A stretch of 61,205 nt of DNA from an uncultured Smithella sp. (GTDB lineage Bacteria > Desulfobacterota > Syntrophia > Syntrophales > Smithellaceae): the NCBI GenBank assembly GCA_964400795.1, contig CAYNWA010000011.1:26374-87578 (forward strand), in the 5' to 3' direction. Position numbers and translations under genes: made by a program. Every line of letters begins with the position of its first letter. Positions within the stretch are counted from its first letter, which is position 1. This document shows, one piece after another, positions 10,320 to 19,680 of this stretch. Below the pieces are notes generated by a model that was not told the DNA's origin, ran no database searches, and saw only the letters and a list, made by a program, of their open reading frames with translations.

Positions 10320-12425
10320 ATGAATGTTATTTATCTAAGAACATTTTTTGTCAGCTATGTGTTGTTCATTTCTCTTTGTGTTATCGTCATAGCCCCCCTA
10401 TGGTGGCAAAATCGTAAACGCTTTCCGGAAATTGCTCTGTGGCTCACAGATTATATCTTTCAGTTCATAGGGCTCCTGCTCATTACATTACGCGAGATCA
10501 TCCCCGATTTTTTTTCGATTGTTGTCGCGAATATTCTCATCATTGGAGGAACCATTATTCTCTATATCGGTCTCTGCCGATATGTAAATCGCGGAACTCG
10601 TCAAATTCATAACTTCGTTATGCTGACCGTCTTCACGGTTTTTCAAACTTACCTCACCTATATTTATCCGAGCACGGCGTGGCGTACGATCAATATATCC
10701 GTTGCCCTGTTTTATATTTGCGCTCAGGCCTCCTGGCTGATGTTGCGCCGAGCAGATGCGTCTCTTCGATCGGCTACAAGACCGGCAGGTATTGTTTTTG
10801 CCGTGTTTTGTTTGATCAGCGTAATTCAAGTTATCGCCAATATCATTATTCCGGAAAAACATACGTTAATCGTGTCGTCTTTTTTCGGCATTACTGCCGT
10901 TGTTATGTATCAGATCGTTTTTGTTGCTTTAACCTTTGCCCTGTTTCTTATGGTAAGCCGCCGGTTGTCTATGGAACTGGAGGTAGAGATGACCCGGCGT
11001 GAACAGGAAGAGAGGATTATCCGGCTCCGGTTGTCTTTGCTGGAATTTGCCACAACGCACACACTGGATGAAGTCCTTCAAAAAACACTGGATGAAATCG
11101 GGAGTCTGCTAGAAAGTCCCGTCGGTTTCTATCACTTAGTTGATGAAGATCAGAAAAATCTTACGCTTCAAACATGGTCAAGTCGCACGTTGAAAGAGTT
11201 TTGCAACGCTGAAGGCAAAGGCATGCATTACAACATTGATCAGGCTGGCGTGTGGGTAGACTGCGTTTATCAAAAGCGTGCGGTGATTCACAACGATTAC
11301 TATGCGCTGCCTCATCGCAAAGGATTGCCGGAAGGACACGCACCGGTTATCCGGGAACTTATTGTGCCGATTTTGAGGAGCGGCAACGTCATGGCCATAC
11401 TCGGTATCGGAAATAAGCCGACATATTATACCGAGAAAGATGCCGAAATAGTTTCTTACCTGGCGGATGTGGCATGGGAAATTATCAACCATAAGAAGGC
11501 GGAAGAGGCTGTCAATCAGTATTCCAACGATCTGAAAGAGCGTGTCAAAGAACTCAATTGCCTCTACAAAATCTCTGAAATCGCTCAGAGAAAAGATATT
11601 TCTCAGGAGGAAATACTAAGGAAGTGCCCGTTGATTATTTCCCGGGCATATCGATTTCCGGAAATTACAGCTTGTCGCATCATCCTGGGTAATCATGAGT
11701 ATCGAACGGATAACTTCAACAAAACAAACTGGACGCAAAACAGCGTAATTGTCACTAACGGCGAACGGGTGGGGATAATTGAAGTCTTCTACTTGAAAGA
11801 AAAATGTAAGGCAAATGAGGACCCTTTTTTGGCCGAAGAACATAATCTGCTTGATGCGGTTGCGGATATTCTGGGAAAATCCATCGAACGAAGACAGGCG
11901 GAGGAGCGGATAAGATATCTGGCCTCGCATGATTTACTGACCGACCTGCCGAGTTTGAGATTGGCTATGGACAGGCTGGCTTCAGCGATGAATATAGCTC
12001 GCCGGTATAAAAAAGGAGCCGCCGTCATGTTCATCGACCTCGATGGTTTTAAAACCGTTAATGACACGCTCGGTCATGATGCCGGTGATTACGTATTAAA
12101 ACAAATTGCCCAACGTATGCTTTCCTGCGTACGTGAAACAGATACCGTCGCACGTGTCGGAGGTGATGAGTTTTTGATTATTGCGACAGAAATTATGACT
12201 GCCGACAATGCCACCCAGATTGCGCAAAAAGTAATTCAGACGGTTTCTCAACCGATTTTCATTAATGGTGAACAAGCCATGGTCAGTACCAGTATCGGCA
12301 TCGCGCTTTTCCCCGAACATGGTGAAGATATGGACAAATTGATCAAACTGGCTGACGAAGCCATGTATAAAGTTAAAAACTCCGGTAAGAACAATTTCCG
12401 TTTTGCAGATGCATCATTAAAATAA
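10320..12425 (+). CDS. Membrane sensor diguanylate cyclase (multi-TM, GAF, second sensor segment, GGDEF)
   Basis: About 7 hydrophobic segments, a GAF-like region (GVWVDCV...HNDY...ELIVPI), FIDLDGFKxVNDxxGH and RVGGDEF. Confidence 0.9.
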   Translation: MNVIYLRTFFVSYVLFISLCVIVIAPLWWQNRKRFPEIALWLTDYIFQFIGLLLITLREIIPDFFSIVVANILIIGGTIILYIGLCRYVNRGTRQIHNFVMLTVFTVFQTYLTYIYPSTAWRTINISVALFYICAQASWLMLRRADASLRSATRPAGIVFAVFCLISVIQVIANIIIPEKHTLIVSSFFGITAVVMYQIVFVALTFALFLMVSRRLSMELEVEMTRREQEERIIRLRLSLLEFATTHTLDEVLQKTLDEIGSLLESPVGFYHLVDEDQKNLTLQTWSSRTLKEFCNAEGKGMHYNIDQAGVWVDCVYQKRAVIHNDYYALPHRKGLPEGHAPVIRELIVPILRSGNVMAILGIGNKPTYYTEKDAEIVSYLADVAWEIINHKKAEEAVNQYSNDLKERVKELNCLYKISEIAQRKDISQEEILRKCPLIISRAYRFPEITACRIILGNHEYRTDNFNKTNWTQNSVIVTNGERVGIIEVFYLKEKCKANEDPFLAEEHNLLDAVADILGKSIERRQAEERIRYLASHDLLTDLPSLRLAMDRLASAMNIARRYKKGAAVMFIDLDGFKTVNDTLGHDAGDYVLKQIAQRMLSCVRETDTVARVGGDEFLIIATEIMTADNATQIAQKVIQTVSQPIFINGEQAMVSTSIGIALFPEHGEDMDKLIKLADEAMYKVKNSGKNNFRFADASLK

Positions 12426-12578
12426 TTTCCAATCTGAGAATTAGCACAACTTTTTTAAAATTACCGCAATATTCCTTTGACATGGAGGGATCTTCTTTAT
12501 ACATGATCGCAACAATTCACTCTCAGATCATGTCCTAGCCGTAACCATGCGGCATCCAGATCGACCAAGAAATGCCGT

Positions 12579-13685
12579 ATGAATATACATTTCAATTTTG
12601 AAAAATTATCCTTATGTTTTAAACGTCCTGTTTCCGTCATCCATTGTTCTGCCTTTCAGAACGTTCCCCGGGCATTTGAAAAAATTGAAGACGTGCTGAA
12701 ACAAGGATTACATGTTGCCGGATTTTTTTCCTACGAACTGGGTTACGCCTTTGAAGAAGCATTTTCCTCTTATAGTATTAATGGGTTTCCCCTCATATAC
12801 TTGGGATGTTATGAAAAGCCTCAAGAGTATAAAGATCAACTGCCTGCTGCTAGTCATTCGAATGTAGTAGAAAATCTGCGATTTAATATGTCCAAAGAAA
12901 AATATTTCGAACATTTAGATATGATCCGTTCCTATTTGCAGGCAGGCGATGTATATCAAATCACCTATTGCCTGAAAATTCTTTTTGATTTTCAGGGCAA
13001 CACTTTTGATTTGTATAAAAAGCTGTTTGCTGTTCAACCTGTTCCATATGCCGCTTTTGTGGAGACGGACCAATACAGCATTGCGTCGCTTTCGCCGGAA
13101 TTGTTCCTGTATAAAAAAGGAAAATCGATCTTTTCGAAACCTATGAAAGGAACATGGGAAAGGGGGAAAAACTTTTTCAGCGATATTGCGGCTAGATATC
13201 AATTTTATCGCGATGAAAAAAACCGGGCCGAAAACGTGATGATTACTGATTTGCTGCGTAATGATCTGGGACGCATCGGGAAGAATATTCATGTGCCGCG
13301 TCTGTTCGAAATCACGCCATATAAAAAACTGTTTCAAATGACCTCGACGGTTGCGGCGGATATCGAGCCGGATGTGCCACTGTATGATTTGTTCAAAAGC
13401 CTGTTCCCTTCGGGATCGGTCACCGGAGCGCCTAAAATCCGGGCCATGGAAATCATTCATGACCTGGAAAACGAGCCGCGCAACATCTACACCGGCGCCA
13501 TCGGCTATATTAAGCCGAACAAAGACTTGTACATGAATATTCCGATACGAACTGCCTTTATCAATAAAACCAATGGAATGGGCGAGATGGGCATTGGCGG
13601 CGGCATTGTCTGGGATTCAACTGCTGAAGGAGAGTGGGCCGAAGGTATTTTAAAAGCGCAATTCTTTACGAACGGGCGTTTGTAA
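12579..13685 (+). CDS. pabB: Aminodeoxychorismate synthase component I (chorismate-binding enzyme)
   Basis: SPELFL, KPMKGT, ENVMITDLLRNDLGR, FPSGSVTGAPK, YTGAIG and GGGIVWDS. Confidence 0.85.
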   Translation: MNIHFNFEKLSLCFKRPVSVIHCSAFQNVPRAFEKIEDVLKQGLHVAGFFSYELGYAFEEAFSSYSINGFPLIYLGCYEKPQEYKDQLPAASHSNVVENLRFNMSKEKYFEHLDMIRSYLQAGDVYQITYCLKILFDFQGNTFDLYKKLFAVQPVPYAAFVETDQYSIASLSPELFLYKKGKSIFSKPMKGTWERGKNFFSDIAARYQFYRDEKNRAENVMITDLLRNDLGRIGKNIHVPRLFEITPYKKLFQMTSTVAADIEPDVPLYDLFKSLFPSGSVTGAPKIRAMEIIHDLENEPRNIYTGAIGYIKPNKDLYMNIPIRTAFINKTNGMGEMGIGGGIVWDSTAEGEWAEGILKAQFFTNGRL

Positions 13686-13699
13686 AAAGAGCGCTTTGG

Positions 13700-14007
13700 C
13701 GCATACCGATTGCGGAGAGAAACCTCTTTAGATCGGAAACCTCATGCTCCATATTTTTGAGCGCGCGCGGCAAGCATTTTTCGTTGAATATCAGCGCCGG
13801 TGACTTGACCTCAGGAGTCGACCAGCGTGACCAAAGGTATGGCGAAATAGACCTTGCCGGGTCCAATATCAATTATTGTATCGCTCTTGTGAGCGTTTGG
13901 GCTGAGAAATTTAACCGGATCATGAAAAATCTTGCGCAACGGATTATCGAATGTAAAACACAACCGCCAGGGACAAACGTGCCTTTGATTCAGCAGTTTT
14001 TTAACAT
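13700..14007 (-). pseudogene. Degraded class I SAM-dependent methyltransferase (end approximate)
   Basis: Minus strand reads HVCPWRLCFTFDNPLRKIFHDP...IIDIGPG...V-D-S-stop-GQVTGADIQRKML, and another frame gives HEVSDLKRFL. The ATG at 14007 is out of frame. Confidence 0.75.
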
Positions 14008-14127
14008 GGTGTTGCCAGTAAAATATTAATGAAAGTATATATTCATCTAAACCAATGTTGTCTTAAAAGCAATCGTTTGTTATAAAAGGATTAAGAAATA
14101 TTCCATGCGTGCTATGAAAAGATTTCT

Positions 14128-14156
14128 TTGACACGCAAAAGCCTTCTCCATATACT
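14128..14156 (+). promoter_or_regulatory. Sigma70-type promoter for the ALDH gene
   Basis: TTGACA, 17-bp spacer, TATACT. Confidence 0.75.
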
Positions 14157-14196
14157 ACCAATATAAGAGAGAACATCGGTATATGGAGAATGTTTT

Positions 14197-15582
14197 ATGT
14201 TACCGGAATCCATATCGCAAACATTGACCAGACTGAGGGTTTTCTATGCCGATGGTAAAACAAGAGAGGTAGAGTTTCGTATTGCTCAGCTCAAAAAGCT
14301 CAAAGAGGGCATACGCAAATACGAACCAGAGATCATGGCTTCTCTTTATGACGATCTGCACAAGCCTCTTTTTGAATCCTACGCGAGTGAAATCGGCATT
14401 CTCTACACGGAAATCGATCATGTCATCCGCCATCTTCGATCATGGTCACGTACCCGGCGTGTGGCAACACCCATCATTCATTTTTTGTCCCGCAGCTATG
14501 TGTATCAGGAGCCTTACGGTGTTGTTTTGATCATCGGTCCCTGGAATTATCCTTTTCAGTTGGTCATCGCTCCGCTCATCGGAGCCATTGCCGCGGGCAA
14601 TTGCGTGCTTATCAAACCTTCAGAATTTTCTCCATCAACGTCGCAGATCATTGCCCAGATGATCGGCGAATTATTCAGTCCTGATTATGTAACGGTTTTT
14701 CAGGGAGAAGCCGAAGCAACGCAAAAACTTCTGGAAGAGAAATTCGATTATATCTTTTTTACAGGAAGTACAGCCGTCGGGCGGAGTATTATGACCGTTG
14801 CCGCACGTTATCTTACGCCGATAACGCTGGAGTTGGGGGGAAAGAGTCCTTGTATCGTGCACGAAGATGCCAGCCTTAAATACGGGATTAAAAGAATTAC
14901 CTGGGGAAAATTTTTCAACGCCGGTCAGACGTGTATTGCCCCGGATTATGTTTTGATTCATCGGAACATCAAGGATGAATTTGTCGAAAAGATGATCAAA
15001 ACGATTTTTTCATTTTACGGTGAAGATCCGATGAAAAGTCCGGACTATGCCAGGATTATCAATGAACGTCATTTCACCCGTCTGCTTTCGCTGATGAAAA
15101 GCGGGCGGATTCTGTCCGGAGGCAAATATCTCAGCAAAGATTTGTATATATCGCCTACTATCATTGATCAGATTTCTCCGGAAGAGCCCCTGATGCAGGA
15201 GGAAATCTTCGGTCCTCTTCTTCCTTTAGTTGAATATGACGACATTGACGAGGCCATTGCTTTTGTCAATCAACGGTCTCGGCCTTTGTCTCTTTATTGT
15301 TTTTCTGAAGACAAAGGAATTCAGGACAGGGTTCTGCGGGAAACGTCTTCCGGGGGCGGTTGTATCAACGATACGATATCCCATATCGGCAGCCAGGAAT
15401 TGCCTTTCGGTGGTATCGGGGATAGCGGCATGGGCGCTTATCACGGTAAGGCAAGTTTCGATACTTTCTCCCATCGGCGCGGTATTCTTTTCCGCTCGAA
15501 CCTGGTAGATATGCCCTTGCGTTATCCGCCATATCGTGACAGGATTTCGCTGCTGCAATTCATTTTCAGGTTTATCAGATAG
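14197..15582 (+). CDS. Aldehyde dehydrogenase (family 3-like)
   Basis: PWNYP, KPSE, FTGS, LELGGKSP, GQTCIAPDY (catalytic Cys), EEIFGP and LPFGGIG. Confidence 0.93.
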   Translation: MLPESISQTLTRLRVFYADGKTREVEFRIAQLKKLKEGIRKYEPEIMASLYDDLHKPLFESYASEIGILYTEIDHVIRHLRSWSRTRRVATPIIHFLSRSYVYQEPYGVVLIIGPWNYPFQLVIAPLIGAIAAGNCVLIKPSEFSPSTSQIIAQMIGELFSPDYVTVFQGEAEATQKLLEEKFDYIFFTGSTAVGRSIMTVAARYLTPITLELGGKSPCIVHEDASLKYGIKRITWGKFFNAGQTCIAPDYVLIHRNIKDEFVEKMIKTIFSFYGEDPMKSPDYARIINERHFTRLLSLMKSGRILSGGKYLSKDLYISPTIIDQISPEEPLMQEEIFGPLLPLVEYDDIDEAIAFVNQRSRPLSLYCFSEDKGIQDRVLRETSSGGGCINDTISHIGSQELPFGGIGDSGMGAYHGKASFDTFSHRRGILFRSNLVDMPLRYPPYRDRISLLQFIFRFIR

Positions 15583-15634
15583 AATATTTATAGAAAAAAA
15601 CAGACATCAATAACGTAAAATACGGAGGTGTCCT

Positions 15635-16105
15635 ATGGCAGAAAAAACCATGATTAAATTAGGCAAGGCCGCGAAAAATTTTATTTTGCAGGATCAATTC
15701 GGTCAGAACCTCGTCTTTTCCAAAATGAAGGGTAGACGCGTCTTGTTGTCCTTTCATCCACTGGCCTGGACGCCGGTTTGTACGAAGCAGATGCAGTCGC
15801 TGGAGAAAAACAAAAAAGTATTCGACAACCTCAACACCATTGCCGTCGGCTTGAGCGTGGATAGTGTTCCCTCCAAGGCGGCCTGGGCCAAAGCGATCAA
15901 GATAAAAAATACTAGGCTGCTGGCTGATTTCTGGCCGCACGGCGGTGTGGCGAAAAGCCTGGGATTTTTCAGGGACAAGGACGGTATCTCACAACGGGCA
16001 AACGTTATTCTCAACGAGAAGGGAAAGGTTTGTTTTGTGAAGGTTTACCTTCTCACCGAACTGCCGGATATTAAAGAAATAATTTCTTTTCTGAAAAATT
16101 CATAA
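15635..16105 (+). CDS. Peroxiredoxin / AhpC-TSA redoxin (AhpE-like)
   Basis: FHPLAWTPVC (PxxxTxxC), LLADFWPHG and RANVI. Confidence 0.85.
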   Translation: MAEKTMIKLGKAAKNFILQDQFGQNLVFSKMKGRRVLLSFHPLAWTPVCTKQMQSLEKNKKVFDNLNTIAVGLSVDSVPSKAAWAKAIKIKNTRLLADFWPHGGVAKSLGFFRDKDGISQRANVILNEKGKVCFVKVYLLTELPDIKEIISFLKNS

Positions 16106-16129
16106 CGAAGGACAAGCCCTGTCCTGTGT

Positions 16130-16170
16130 GCCGCCATTCCAAAATGGTGGCGATATATTTTTGATTTTTT
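16130..16170 (+). terminator. Probable intrinsic terminator after the redoxin gene
   Basis: GCCGCCATT-CCAA-AATGGTGGC hairpin followed by a T-rich tract. Confidence 0.55.
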
Positions 16171-16185
16171 TGGATAAATATTTCT

Positions 16186-16214
16186 TTGACACGCTTTGGT
16201 CTTACTCATATACT
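16186..16214 (+). promoter_or_regulatory. Sigma70-type promoter for the ABM gene
   Basis: TTGACA, 17-bp spacer, TATACT. Confidence 0.75.
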
Positions 16215-16245
16215 CCCGCCGTCAAACACCAATAAGGAGGATATC

Positions 16246-16530
16246 ATGATTACACTCATTGCGACTTTAAAAGTCAAAGATGGAAAGATGGAAGAGGCAG
16301 CCAAGGTTTTGAAAGAGATTGTTCCGAAAGTCAAAGCAAGCGAGCCGGGCTGTCTGGAATATATTCCGCACACCGTCCGCGGCGATGAAAAGACAATTAT
16401 TTTTTATGAAAAATACAGCGACAAGGATGCGCTGAAACTGCATTCCGCCAATTTGATGAAAAATATGGAAACGCTTTTCCCCCTGCTGGAACCGGGCATG
16501 GATATCAAAACCTGTTCCGAGATCATCTAA
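16246..16530 (+). CDS. Antibiotic biosynthesis monooxygenase (ABM/YgiN-like) protein
   Basis: IATLKVK...EPGCLEY...FYEKY...H pattern. AAGGAGG RBS before the ATG at 16246. Confidence 0.85.
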   Translation: MITLIATLKVKDGKMEEAAKVLKEIVPKVKASEPGCLEYIPHTVRGDEKTIIFYEKYSDKDALKLHSANLMKNMETLFPLLEPGMDIKTCSEII

Positions 16531-16558
16531 TAGATTGTATTTTCTTTAAGGAGAATAG

Positions 16559-18391
16559 ATGAAGCAGGTTTTAGAACTCTTAAAATTATGCTACCGCGTA
16601 ACTGTACATAGAATTAAACACGGTAAAAGTGATGTCAATCCGTTTAGTGCCATCATCCAGTTGCTGAAATTCAGGGCGACCTGGGAGCAGCATGATTCCG
16701 ATTATGTGCCGGATGGGCATCTGTCCAACGTCTTTATGTCTGCGAGAGAAGCGGCCAGGCTTATTCCCGATGGCGCGACGGTTATATCAACAGGAATCGC
16801 CGGCAACAGCAGATGTTCGACCTATTACTGGGCCGTACGGGAAATGTTCGAACGAGAGGGAAAGCCCTCCGGGCTGACCTGGATGGTTGTTGCCGCCGCC
16901 GGAGGCAGGGGAGAGGCTCCCGGAACTCTCGAAGAAGTCGCCCTGCCGGGTTTGCTGAAATGTCACATCTCGGGACATGTGGAAACCCATAAAGCCCTGC
17001 TCAAACTTGGCGATCAAGGACAACTGGACGTTCATACCATGCCGCAGGGCGTGATGACGCGTCTCATAGCAGGTCAGGCCAACGGCATAAAGGAAGTCGC
17101 CAGCACGGTCGGTGTGGGAACATTTCTCGATCCCAGGGTCGGCAGCGGCACCAGTCTGTTAAGAAACAAGGAAAGCAGCTTTGTCCGAGCCGAAGGCGAT
17201 ACGCTTGTTTATACCCTTCCCGAAATAAATGTGGCGATATTCTCCGCGCCCTACGCGGACAGGGACGGCAACATTTATTTCAAGAATGCAGCGACGATCA
17301 CCGAGAACATCGAGGCGGCGCGTGCCGCTAAAGCCAACGACGGCGTTGTGCTGGTAACGGTCAGCGATATCATCGAAGCCACCTCGAAAGAGATATCCAT
17401 GCCCGCGTCAATGGTTGATGCGGTTGTGGTCAATCCGAGAAATGAGCAGACCGGCGGTGTGCTCCAGAGAAATTATTTCCCGATGTTTGCCGAAGGAGCC
17501 AACGTCGATATTGTCAATGCCAGTTATCTGGTCAAGCTGGCCAATACATTTACCGGCATCACGCCGATCAGGGACAAGGTGGATAACGCCGTAGCCCGGA
17601 TGGCCGCTTCGCTCTTTGTCAAGGAAACTACGCCCGGTTCGCTGATCAATTTCGGGGTCGGACTTCCCGAGGAAGTTGGCCGTATCCTATTTGAGAGTGG
17701 ATTGTACAGGCAGCTGACTTTCACCACGGAAAGCGGCGCTTATGGCGGCATGCCCGCGTCGGGGATGTATTTCGGCGCAGCTATAAATCCGCGAAAGCTC
17801 ATCAGCTCGGCAAAAATGTTCCGTCTTTATGAAAAATATCTTGACGTTGCTGTCCTGGGATGTCTGGAGGTCGATTCCGAAGGCAATAATAATGTGTCGA
17901 GAAGAGGCGATCTGGTCTTCAATTGCGTGGGACCCGGCGGTTTCCCCGATATCGTGGATGCGGCCAAAACGATTATATTTGTGGGCAAGTGGACAGAGGG
18001 AGGACAATATTCAATTCAACAGGGCAGACTCGTTGTCGAAAAACACGGCGAGCCGAAGTTTGTCGACAAGCTGCGGGAAATAACATTCAATGCCAAAAAA
18101 GCGCTGGCCAGGAGTGCCAACGTTTATTATGTGAACACGGTCGGCATATTTCAGCTGACAGAAGCAGGACCGGAGCTGATAAAGGTAATGCCCGGTGTTG
18201 ATATTCAAAAAGATATCATCAACATCAGCGGCGCAAAAATCAATATCCCGAAAAATGTTCCTGTTGTTTCAACCGATCTTGTTACCGGCAAAGGCTTTGC
18301 ACTGAAGTTTGAACACATGCAGGATGCAGAAAAAATGGCCCAAAGGGCGAAAGAGAGGGAGGCCGAAGTATGTTCGATGGCAAGAATGTAG
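16559..18391 (+). CDS. Family I acyl-CoA:acetate CoA-transferase (YdiF/Pct-like, fused alpha/beta) with N-terminal extension
   Basis: MPQG, VGVGTFLDPR, INFGVGLPEE, FTTESG (catalytic Glu), GNNNVSR, GPGGFPDI and VDIQKDI. Confidence 0.85.
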   Translation: MKQVLELLKLCYRVTVHRIKHGKSDVNPFSAIIQLLKFRATWEQHDSDYVPDGHLSNVFMSAREAARLIPDGATVISTGIAGNSRCSTYYWAVREMFEREGKPSGLTWMVVAAAGGRGEAPGTLEEVALPGLLKCHISGHVETHKALLKLGDQGQLDVHTMPQGVMTRLIAGQANGIKEVASTVGVGTFLDPRVGSGTSLLRNKESSFVRAEGDTLVYTLPEINVAIFSAPYADRDGNIYFKNAATITENIEAARAAKANDGVVLVTVSDIIEATSKEISMPASMVDAVVVNPRNEQTGGVLQRNYFPMFAEGANVDIVNASYLVKLANTFTGITPIRDKVDNAVARMAASLFVKETTPGSLINFGVGLPEEVGRILFESGLYRQLTFTTESGAYGGMPASGMYFGAAINPRKLISSAKMFRLYEKYLDVAVLGCLEVDSEGNNNVSRRGDLVFNCVGPGGFPDIVDAAKTIIFVGKWTEGGQYSIQQGRLVVEKHGEPKFVDKLREITFNAKKALARSANVYYVNTVGIFQLTEAGPELIKVMPGVDIQKDIINISGAKINIPKNVPVVSTDLVTGKGFALKFEHMQDAEKMAQRAKEREAEVCSMARM

Positions 18392-19179
18392 TGATAACCG
18401 GCGGCTCTTCGGGTTTGGGGCTGGCACTAGCAAAGAAATTGGCGGAGAAGGGGGCGGTCATCACTGTTATTGCCCGCAGCAAGGAAAAACTGCAGACCGC
18501 AAAAGCCGATATAGCCAGGGTAGGGGGCAAGGTCCATGCGTTTTCATCCGATGTTTCCAAAATTGAATCGATAACAGAGACCTTTCAGAAAATTAATAAC
18601 GAAGTCGGTCCCCCTGACATTCTAATCAACTCAGCCGGCATTCTCCGGGAAGGTTATTTTGATAAACTTTCCGTGGAAACCTTTCGGGAAGTTATCGAAA
18701 CAAATTATTTCGGAGTTCTTTATGCCATCAAAGCCGCTCTGCCTTATATCATCAAACAAAGAGGCAGAATCGTTAACATATCCTCTGTTGCCGGACTGCT
18801 TGGTGTTTTCGGCTATACAACCTATTGTTCATCGAAGTTTGCTCTGGTTGGTCTTTCAGAATCTCTGCGGTATGAAATGAAACCACTCGGCGTCGGGGTT
18901 CACCTTGTATGCCCTTCAGAGTTTGTTTCTCCCATGACGCTGGACCTTAACGATACGAGAAGTCCCGAGAATAAAGCACATACGCTGACTATACCCGAGT
19001 ATGATATCAATACAATGGTCAGGGATACCATCAAAGGAATAGAAAAAGGGAGGTTTCTGATCGTTCCGGGGCTATTATGCAGGTTAACCGTTTGGGGAGC
19101 GAGGAGCTTCCCCGCGATCACCAGAATCGTTTCCGATTGCAGAATTCGCAGCGTTTTCGTTGATAGAAAATTAAATTAA
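18370..19179 (+). CDS. Short-chain dehydrogenase/reductase (KDSR-like subfamily possible)
   Basis: TGGSSGLG, NSAG and YCSSK (YxxxK), with a GVFGYxxYxxSKFALxGLxESLRxE block. Confidence 0.85.
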   Translation: MFDGKNVVITGGSSGLGLALAKKLAEKGAVITVIARSKEKLQTAKADIARVGGKVHAFSSDVSKIESITETFQKINNEVGPPDILINSAGILREGYFDKLSVETFREVIETNYFGVLYAIKAALPYIIKQRGRIVNISSVAGLLGVFGYTTYCSSKFALVGLSESLRYEMKPLGVGVHLVCPSEFVSPMTLDLNDTRSPENKAHTLTIPEYDINTMVRDTIKGIEKGRFLIVPGLLCRLTVWGARSFPAITRIVSDCRIRSVFVDRKLN

Positions 19180-19309
19180 AGAGGGTTGTGATGGAGTGCT
19201 TTAAATGTCCGGTCCTGTATTTGACGTGATGGGCCACCTCCAATTAAATCTTGGTTTGAAAACCTTGACACCGACCAAGTTTCCGTTTTTTGTGGCTGTT
19301 GTCAGAATT

Positions 19310-19460
19310 CTGCGTCGCTTTCCTCTTGGAATAATTTCCAATCCCGATCTATCGGGATTGGATAATTCGACTTACGCTTCAAACTTCTCTATGCTCGTTT
19401 TCATAGAGCCTCTCTACCACTTACGCTTTGAACATCGTATCGCTCGCCCTCAGCGAGTGT
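19310..19460. repeat. REP-like composite intergenic repeat
   Basis: Perfect 12-bp stem TCCAATCCCGAT-CT-ATCGGGATTGGA (19337-19362) and repeated TTACGCTT. Boundaries approximate. Confidence 0.55.
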
Positions 19461-19680
19461 CATTATTGAGGATTGCCGTTTGAAAAATAGTATGTTCAAT
19501 ATCAAACCAAACTTTAGGCAGTCTAATCTTCTGGCTTATGTGCAGGTTGATTTATAAACATTCAAAATATCTCATGAAATTCATTAAGTTTACGCGCCAT
19601 CTTGTGCTTGACGCGCAAGGCAATTATTTATATTCATAAAAACTAAAAATTTTTGCTCTATCAATATTGAATTTATTGTG

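Noticed and set aside
13634-14029. 131-aa plus-strand ORF and 68-aa minus-strand ORF
   Set aside because: The region is better explained as a minus-strand methyltransferase pseudogene.
1566-15582. Linking the PLD and family-3 ALDH to the sphingolipid island
   Set aside because: They lie 35-50 kb away among core genes, and nothing in the sequence ties them to the island.
19205-19483. 92-aa ORF or possible ncRNA
   Set aside because: It runs through REP-like palindromes, has no protein motif, and shows no RNase P, tmRNA or SRP signature.
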